Shown here in pieces: positions 24,327 through 31,397 of a stretch of 32,591 nucleotides of DNA. Position numbers and translations under genes: made by a program. The notes beneath the pieces are model-generated. The model did no database searches. It saw only the letters and a list, made by a program, of their open reading frames with translations, and was not told where the DNA came from. Position 1 is the first letter of the stretch; every line of letters starts with the position of its first letter. The stretch is from Candidatus Thorarchaeota archaeon (GTDB taxonomy: Archaea; Asgardarchaeota; Thorarchaeia; Thorarchaeales; Thorarchaeaceae), in assembly GCA_048884965.1 (NCBI GenBank), contig JBHLQH010000036.1:1-32591 (forward strand), read 5' to 3'.

Positions 24327-25787
24327 CTACTGGGACTCGTCCTCTTTAATGGAATCAAGCATTCCTTGAAACGCTCTTGCTAGTTCGCCTATCTCATCGT
24401 CCTTATCCATGTAGCTCTTATCTACTTGGAGATCATCAGAATCGAGCTTCTCCTCTCGGATCATTGCTGAAACATTTCGAGTCGCAAGATCCATCAGATA
24501 CTGTAACGGACCCGTGATTTGATTGGCTACTACGACAGCCACAGCTCCCGCTATGAATATACCTGCAACGGTTATTGCAAGTATGAACATAGTTGCGGCG
24601 AGGTTCGCCTCTGCGATTCTTGCTTCAAGAGCTGGGATTGCGGCTTGAACCTCATTTACTGGTACGATGATGATGCAGATATATCCACCAACCTCGACTG
24701 GAGTGTAGGCTAGAATATAGTCTTCGCCTTCCTTACTGAAAACTTCAATTCCTGTGCTTCCTGACAGAATGTTATTGATCTGAATTGGTGTTAATGCAGA
24801 TTCAGTTCCATCCACCTCGAACTCCTGCAGAGTAGGCAATCTGCCAAATTGAGCATCATACCTCTCGTATACATCATCATCGACATCCGGATGTGCCAGA
24901 ATATCGCCACTTTCAGTTATGAGGGCTGCATAGCCTGTTTCAAGGACCTGAACATCAAGAATCTTTGTCCTGATGTTTTCAATAGAAATGTCTCCTGCTA
25001 CAATTCCAATTAGTGTCGCGGTATCGTCATATACTGCTCTCCCGATTGACATGAGTAGTACGTTATCGATTGGATCGAGATAGGGTCCATAGTAGACCAT
25101 CTGTCCCATACCCGCTCTGATAACTTGATAGAACTCATCGTCTGTTGGGTACCAAGGATCGCTTCCTCTGTCAGTATCTGACCCTCCTACATCACTACCT
25201 GGGTAGTTTATCCAGAGGTCGTTCTCAAAGCCAACATAGAGCCATCTGAATTCTGGGAGCTGAACATGTGCATACTGGAACATGAAATCGAGATTCGACA
25301 CTCTGTCTAGCCTATCTTGGTTTGATGTGTAGTAGGTCATATAATTGCCCGAATTTGAACCTGGAATGTACCAGCTGCTATAATTCCATGAGATATTGAT
25401 TCCATATCTCTCTGCATCATAGTATGCATCTTCAGGTGCTGTAGATAGGTTTCGAAAGAGATAATCATAGTAGATGTCCTCTCTGGGCAGATATGTGGAG
25501 TCCGAATCAAATAGCTGTTCGCACTCTTCTGCTATTGCCGCCACTAATCCCTCCGCGCTCTGTAGCTTCTGACTGATCACGCGTGCATTCTCTTCGGCGG
25601 TTATCTCCATATTACGACGAATCTGCTCTTCAAGTGCATCGGAACTTTGATCCGTTGTAAAGCCGCCAATCAAACCAATGAACTGGTATGAAATGAACCC
25701 TGTGACCCCAAGTGAAAGAACCGAGATTACGATGAAGGTCACGATAACGTTTCTTCGGAAACTGCCTTTTTTCTGTGTTGTTGCCAT
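24327..25787 (-). CDS. TM-dCache-TM-HAMP membrane sensor with no output domain
   Basis: N-terminal TM; WLYVGFE...INYP, GPYLDP...SIGRAVYD...LIGIVAGDI, TGYAALITESGDILAHP (dCache_1); TM2; HAMP ITGPLQYL...DDEIGELARAFQGML; stop 8 residues later. Confidence 0.88.
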   Translation of the reverse strand: MATTQKKGSFRRNVIVTFIVISVLSLGVTGFISYQFIGLIGGFTTDQSSDALEEQIRRNMEITAEENARVISQKLQSAEGLVAAIAEECEQLFDSDSTYLPREDIYYDYLFRNLSTAPEDAYYDAERYGINISWNYSSWYIPGSNSGNYMTYYTSNQDRLDRVSNLDFMFQYAHVQLPEFRWLYVGFENDLWINYPGSDVGGSDTDRGSDPWYPTDDEFYQVIRAGMGQMVYYGPYLDPIDNVLLMSIGRAVYDDTATLIGIVAGDISIENIRTKILDVQVLETGYAALITESGDILAHPDVDDDVYERYDAQFGRLPTLQEFEVDGTESALTPIQINNILSGSTGIEVFSKEGEDYILAYTPVEVGGYICIIIVPVNEVQAAIPALEARIAEANLAATMFILAITVAGIFIAGAVAVVVANQITGPLQYLMDLATRNVSAMIREEKLDSDDLQVDKSYMDKDDEIGELARAFQGMLDSIKEDESQ

Positions 25788-25799
25788 TACATTTCCCTC

Positions 25800-28688
25800 C
25801 TAGTAATCGTCTGTTGTTCCTCCGACTTCGAGCTGTGCCATCAGCACGCCAACCTCTTGGAAGGCTCTCTCGATATCCAATCTCACATCTCTGCTGTTCA
25901 CAACAGAGAAGTATTGTCCTTGTGGGATTGATTCACAAACGGATTCCAGTAGCTCTTCATAGTTCATCCTTTTACCTGTCTTGTCAGATCGAATATTGGC
26001 TTCGATAGCGTTTGCCAATTCTTCACCAACACCTATGATGATGAGATTGACATCCAGATGATTATCGCGAATGAAGCCTTCTATCGTCAATGGTTTCTTC
26101 CTGCTTTGTCTGTCTTTCTCTGTACGAATACCTTTGAGAATGTCCAGTGAGAACTTCTCAGAGCTATTGTCTTGTCCATCTGTGAGTGCAATAATCCACC
26201 GATGCTCACTCGATTCAACAAGGTTTAGGTCCTCAAGAGCGTGACCAAGTGCATCATAGAATGCGGTTGCATAGTTGGGATAGCGAAGTGAATCAAGAGC
26301 TTTCCAAATTGGACTGTCTCTTGAATCCTCGTACTCACCCTTCTTGGTCAACGGAAGAAGCTTCTGATACGTTGAGTTGAAGATGATGATACTCACTTCG
26401 TCTTGTGGATTCACCTGACTTGAGAGAATCTCCTTCGCACCAGTTACTGCAGCTTCTATTCTGTCCTGAGCTCTCATGCTACCAGAGTAATCAATGACTA
26501 GCACGACGCTCTTCTTGAACTGAATTGATCTTCTTAGTTTCTCAGCCTGTCTTCGTATATCGTGACTTGATTCATCAAGTTGGTCTTTGACATCTGCAAG
26601 TCTCTGCATCGCATAGACCTGTAGCCAGAATTCTTCAGTTCGCTCAGCGTAGTTGATCGAATCTTGGTATGCGGTTTTTGCGTTGCGCCACTCACCTTGT
26701 ATCTCATAGAACTCTCCTACGTGATAGTTGATGTACGCTAATCCTCTATCATATCCATGCTCATCAGCTATACGTTTTGCCTCATCGAACTTGGAACGTG
26801 CTTTACTGTATTGGCCTTGTTTCATCATCACAAGTCCCATTGCATCGTACCTTCGGGCAAGTCCCCTCATGTTACCGATGGTCTGGTCAACGGCCTCTGC
26901 ATCCTCAAGCTTTTCGATTGCCTCATCGTATTTCTTTAGATCCATCTCGATGAGTGCCATGTTATGATAGACAGAGGCAATACGATCCATTGCATCTGTT
27001 TCATTAAGACCACCCGCCTTCGCCTGCTCAAGGAGTTCCTTGGCAAGTCCGAGTGACCTCTCATAATATTCTAGCGCATTGCCAGTATCCCCTCGTTGTC
27101 TGAAGACGTTTCCAATGTTCAAATACATTGTCTGTTCTCCGATGTCAATGTCAAGACGTCTACTGATTTCCAAAAGGTTCTGATAGTTTGCTAGTGCTCG
27201 ATTGAGGTCGCCTCGAATGAAGGCTTGGTTACCAAATCTACAGGCTTCCTGGAAGCTAAGTAATGCATCAACGGTTGTGCCAATCTCCTCGTACATTGCC
27301 CCTGATGCTGTGATGCTTCTTGTGAAGTCCTGCTTTGCCATCTTCTCTACAAGTCCAGTCATTTCCTTGATGGGTTCGACAACTGCTCTCCCCCTCCTGA
27401 ATGACACTGCTGCAACTATAATGGCAAACACTCCCAAGACCCCTCCAAGAATCACTGTTAGGAATAGAGTCTGACCTTGGACAAGTGCGAGAATGTCTAC
27501 TGCTGGCTGCACGACCTCAGAGGCAGGTACAACTACAGCGAGCAAGAAACCCGTGCTCTCTACTCTTTCATAGGTTATGTACCACTCTTGGTTGCTCTTT
27601 GTGAAGGTTTCCTGACCGCTCCCTGCTATAAGTGCTGAAGCAAGAATCGAAGCGAAAGCTGTCCCCTCGGCAGATGATGTGAATTCTAATTCGATGAGTG
27701 ACTCTCGTTCATCTGTGAGGTCAGGGTGTGCAAGAACGTCGCCATCAGACTCCAAGATATATCCATAGCCGCTTTGAAGGACCTGTATGTCTAGAACACT
27801 TGAGAGAATCGTATCCATTGTTACATCTGCGGAAACGACTCCAATGAGGGTACCGTTATCGAAATAGATTGGTCTTCCAAGTGAAATGACTAAACCTGTG
27901 GATGGATCACCATATGGACTTGTGATGGCAATGCTGTTGTCGCTCATGGGAAGAGATGCGGCATTTGTATACCACTCTTCTTGAGGAGGGTCATAATCAT
28001 CAGCGGGTGCAAGGGGTGCTCCAGTTACATCATCCATTCTGAAATATTGAAGTGTGTCGTATGGATAATTCCGAAAGAGATGTGTGTCGCATACTCCTGG
28101 ATCAATTCCCATATAGAGCCAGATGTAATCCTCATTCATTTCGTGCAAAGATTTGAACACGTTATCCATGTTACTTGAAATATTAAGATAGGTCTGAGTC
28201 ATATGATCGAGTGGAAATGGATTTCCGCCAGATGGATAATATGGTCTAGGCATGTAATAACAACTAACATCGAAGGATATCATACCTGGACTCATGACCA
28301 CTCCATTATCAAGTTCGGAATAGTACAAGTCATTGTATGCTACTCCTGGTACAGTCATTCCTGTTTCCGCTAGTTCTACTGCACTATCCCAATAGTATGA
28401 GTGTCGTGGTGCCGCATTTATCCTTCCATTAAAAAGATCTTCGGCATAGTTCTCCATCAGAAAGACGCCATCTATGTAATTCTGCATTCTTTCTTCGATG
28501 AAAAGCGCAGTATCACCTGCGATTCTTTGGAGATTATCAATTTCCTCATTTTGCAGCGCGGTTGCGGCATCGTTTGCATTTTCACTTGATACATTGAATA
28601 TAGTCGTCACTGAAATTGCAGAGATGAACAATATAGGTATCAAAGAAACTGTCACAAATATTATGATTATCCTCTTACTAATGTCCAT
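25800..28688 (-). CDS. TM-dCache-TM-HAMP-TPR-VWA membrane receptor
   Basis: dCache (YDPPQEEWY, TSPYGDP, GVVSADV, GYGYILESDGDVLAHP); TM2; HAMP VVEPIKEM...EEIG; about 5-6 TPRs (YLNIGNVFRQRGDTGNALEYYERSL, YHNMALI, YDAMGLV); VWA with MIDAS IDYSGSM, TAFYDAL, IALTDGQDN, IIGVG. Confidence 0.88.
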   Translation of the reverse strand: MDISKRIIIIFVTVSLIPILFISAISVTTIFNVSSENANDAATALQNEEIDNLQRIAGDTALFIEERMQNYIDGVFLMENYAEDLFNGRINAAPRHSYYWDSAVELAETGMTVPGVAYNDLYYSELDNGVVMSPGMISFDVSCYYMPRPYYPSGGNPFPLDHMTQTYLNISSNMDNVFKSLHEMNEDYIWLYMGIDPGVCDTHLFRNYPYDTLQYFRMDDVTGAPLAPADDYDPPQEEWYTNAASLPMSDNSIAITSPYGDPSTGLVISLGRPIYFDNGTLIGVVSADVTMDTILSSVLDIQVLQSGYGYILESDGDVLAHPDLTDERESLIELEFTSSAEGTAFASILASALIAGSGQETFTKSNQEWYITYERVESTGFLLAVVVPASEVVQPAVDILALVQGQTLFLTVILGGVLGVFAIIVAAVSFRRGRAVVEPIKEMTGLVEKMAKQDFTRSITASGAMYEEIGTTVDALLSFQEACRFGNQAFIRGDLNRALANYQNLLEISRRLDIDIGEQTMYLNIGNVFRQRGDTGNALEYYERSLGLAKELLEQAKAGGLNETDAMDRIASVYHNMALIEMDLKKYDEAIEKLEDAEAVDQTIGNMRGLARRYDAMGLVMMKQGQYSKARSKFDEAKRIADEHGYDRGLAYINYHVGEFYEIQGEWRNAKTAYQDSINYAERTEEFWLQVYAMQRLADVKDQLDESSHDIRRQAEKLRRSIQFKKSVVLVIDYSGSMRAQDRIEAAVTGAKEILSSQVNPQDEVSIIIFNSTYQKLLPLTKKGEYEDSRDSPIWKALDSLRYPNYATAFYDALGHALEDLNLVESSEHRWIIALTDGQDNSSEKFSLDILKGIRTEKDRQSRKKPLTIEGFIRDNHLDVNLIIIGVGEELANAIEANIRSDKTGKRMNYEELLESVCESIPQGQYFSVVNSRDVRLDIERAFQEVGVLMAQLEVGGTTDDY

Positions 28689-28706
28689 TTTTCCTACTCC
28701 ACACTC

Positions 28707-30152
28707 CTATCGGCTCAACTCCAATAGCTCACTGTGTAGTTTTTTAATAAATTGATCAGCATCTTGTTTCTTATTCAGAGCAAAGTAATCATCATCAAGG
28801 CGTCCTTCGATTGTACCATCCGCCAACAGAATCATCAATGTCTGTCGGAGGATTGCTCTCGGGACACCGGTATCCCTTACCATCCTGTCAATCTCAACTC
28901 GATTCTCTCCCTTTAGAAGAGATTGCAGAATAGCTGGAATATTCCCAAGCTTCTCCTTTGATGGCATATCCGCCGTTTCTTTCTTTTGCTTGACTGTTCG
29001 GACGAATGTATTCCTATCGAGATGTCCTTCAATCTCTTTGCACTCAATCATACTCTGCAGGCTCCGCCTTAGATTGTATGACGCTGGACCTGGCAATGTA
29101 CGTCTTAGGATTCGGTCCAATTCCTTCAGCTTTATCTTGCTATGCTTTGTTGTGATTGAATCGATACTTTCTTTGATGAACTCCTTGACCTTGTATTCAG
29201 CAAGTCGTTCTAGGACCGCACCACATGAATTACATCTCTTTGCTTCCGGTAAAGACGGTGCTCCACAATTCCCACATTTGATAGCACGGCGGTACAATGT
29301 CATCTTTGTTGATTCAATCTCTTGAAGGATTGTTTTCTCTTCCCTTGTTTCTTTTGTGCTGGCAATTATTTCCCAGAAGCTAAGTCGTCTGTCATCCGTG
29401 CTCACTACGAGATAGGTTGTATCAGATTCATCATCAGCAACCCCTGTCGCAAGAGCCTTTGGTCTACCTGTAAGTTCGATCTTCTCGATCTGATTCCCAT
29501 CAATATCCCAGATTATTAGTTCCTTCTCTCGCTCCCCGGTAACGAATAGCTTTCTCTTTCCGAATGTAAGAACTCCAAAGACTGTGAGAGCATTTCCAAG
29601 CTTCAATCGCCTTAGAATATACCCCGCAGAGGTTAGAATGGTCAGGTTTCCGTGCCTGTCTGCTACAACAACTTCTAGCTCTTTATCTTCAGTGATATCT
29701 TCCAGCCAAACATCTGCGATGTTCCCTTCCATTCTCCGACTGAATAGAGCTTCCTTGTCATCGTTCCATAGAATAACCCTATTATTCTGGAGTGCAACTA
29801 CAACCTCGGCAGAATCATCACCATCAACATCTCTAGCATCACAAGCAATGACAGTGCTTTCAAGTTCGATCTTCCACATTGGTTTTCCTTGATGATCGAC
29901 GACTAGGACTCGCTTACCCACACCACCAACGAGTGCGTCCTTTCCTTCACCGTCGATATCGCCGACTGCTATGCATCTAACTTTGCTGCTCCAATTCCTT
30001 GCAGATTTTAGCGATCCTGAAACATCATAGACTCGCATCTTATCTCCATAGTCTAGCGCGAATACTTGGGCATTTCCTTGTCCGCTTTGACGTATGTAGA
30101 TACTATAAGCATCTGCTGAGATTGGGACTTTCGCGACCTCTCTCAACCTCAA
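28707..30152 (-). CDS. Soluble FG-GAP-like beta-propeller + zinc ribbon + two PCI-like winged helices
   Basis: About 42-aa blades with VGDIDGEGKDALVGG, ARDVDGDDSAEVVVA and LEDITEDKELEVVVA; CGNCGAP...RCNSCG; C-terminal LQSMIECKEIEGHLD and LMILLADGTIEGRLD. No signal peptide or TM; TTG start. Confidence 0.72.
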   Translation of the reverse strand: MRLREVAKVPISADAYSIYIRQSGQGNAQVFALDYGDKMRVYDVSGSLKSARNWSSKVRCIAVGDIDGEGKDALVGGVGKRVLVVDHQGKPMWKIELESTVIACDARDVDGDDSAEVVVALQNNRVILWNDDKEALFSRRMEGNIADVWLEDITEDKELEVVVADRHGNLTILTSAGYILRRLKLGNALTVFGVLTFGKRKLFVTGEREKELIIWDIDGNQIEKIELTGRPKALATGVADDESDTTYLVVSTDDRRLSFWEIIASTKETREEKTILQEIESTKMTLYRRAIKCGNCGAPSLPEAKRCNSCGAVLERLAEYKVKEFIKESIDSITTKHSKIKLKELDRILRRTLPGPASYNLRRSLQSMIECKEIEGHLDRNTFVRTVKQKKETADMPSKEKLGNIPAILQSLLKGENRVEIDRMVRDTGVPRAILRQTLMILLADGTIEGRLDDDYFALNKKQDADQFIKKLHSELLELSR

Positions 30153-30223
30153 CTTTTCTAAAGCACCTTAAGCTCGTATCAGTATAAGACAATATAAGTC
30201 TTTGATTATTTTTACCAAACCCA

Positions 30224-31306
30224 ATGGCATTCGGTAAATCATGCAAAACAGGCTTCCTGTGGGACTCGGCCTTAGAAACATTCGATTTTGGAAGCCGTCA
30301 TCCAGTACGAGTTGGTCGCTTCCAGATGGTACGGGATTTTATCGAGACCTCAGGTTTCTTGGAACTCCCCAATGTGGTTACCATCAAACCTCGCCCTCTT
30401 GATGAAGAGATTCTTCAGAGAATTCATTCCCCAGAGTATATCGATAAAGTGAAGGAGATATCTAGAACGGGAAAAGGTGAGATCGATATCGATACGCCCG
30501 GTTTCAAGGGAATCTATGAGAATGCCATCATTACGAATGGTGCAACTGTGACAGGAATAGAATCTGTTCTATCTGGCGATGTTGATCATTTCTACACTCC
30601 CACTGGTGGGTTTCATCATGCAAGCTATGATAGAGGAGGCGGCTTTTGCATCTTTAATGATATTGCCGCATCAGTTCATAGGTTGAAGGATGCAGGACTG
30701 AGCAGGATTCTCATCGCAGACTTCGATGTCCATCACGGGAATGGGACTCAGTCATATTTCTACAGCGATCCTGGAGTGATGCAAATCTCATTTCATGAAG
30801 ATCCTGATTGGTTGTATCCACATGAGGGCTACATTTCTGAAATTGGAGATGGTCTTGGTTGTGGTTACAACATCAATATGTATTTTCCTTTGGACTCCGG
30901 TGATCAAGTATACAGATATGCATTTGATAAACTAGTTCCCAAACTAATCAGATTCTATCATCCTGAGTTCATCATCTTTCTACCTGGATTTGATGCGCAT
31001 TATCGCGATCCTCTGGCTCATCTGACTCTGACAACTCATATGATTCGATATGTTGCTGATACCATTCATCAATTAGCGCATCAGCTGTGTGGTGGACGCT
31101 TAGGAGTTGTATCGGGTGGAGGTTATAATCCAGATACATTTCATTGGGGTATTGGTGAAGTTCTCTCAGTGCTAACTGGTCATGGATACACATCCCCTCC
31201 TCAGAATCCCCCCTTTGAAGATGATGAGGAATCTTGGGAAATTGTGCAGAAGAATGTTCAAGAAATAGAAGGAACTGTGTTTCCGATATTGGGAATTGAT
31301 ACTTAG
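30224..31306 (+). CDS. Zn-dependent deacetylase, HDAC/AcuC/acetylpolyamine amidohydrolase superfamily
   Basis: HPVRVGR, IHSPEY, DTP, GGFHHA, GFCIFNDIA, DFDVHHGNGTQ, ISFHE, GFDAHYRDPL, GGGY. Confidence 0.92.
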   Translation: MAFGKSCKTGFLWDSALETFDFGSRHPVRVGRFQMVRDFIETSGFLELPNVVTIKPRPLDEEILQRIHSPEYIDKVKEISRTGKGEIDIDTPGFKGIYENAIITNGATVTGIESVLSGDVDHFYTPTGGFHHASYDRGGGFCIFNDIAASVHRLKDAGLSRILIADFDVHHGNGTQSYFYSDPGVMQISFHEDPDWLYPHEGYISEIGDGLGCGYNINMYFPLDSGDQVYRYAFDKLVPKLIRFYHPEFIIFLPGFDAHYRDPLAHLTLTTHMIRYVADTIHQLAHQLCGGRLGVVSGGGYNPDTFHWGIGEVLSVLTGHGYTSPPQNPPFEDDEESWEIVQKNVQEIEGTVFPILGIDT

Positions 31307-31397
31307 CTGAATCCAATTCATTTTGGAACCAATTTGATGAATGATATTGGGAAATCGTAATAAGCCAAAGGAATCCTACTTGGTCACCAGTATCTAG

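Noticed and set aside
24327-28688. Cache-HAMP proteins as chemoreceptors or histidine kinases
   Set aside because: No MCP hairpin signature and no H-box or HATPase motifs; no che or response-regulator genes in the window.
25800-30152. A true integrin alpha/beta pair
   Set aside because: The propeller protein has no signal peptide, TM or leg domains, and the VWA follows TM2-HAMP, so it is cytoplasmic; only an analogy is supportable.
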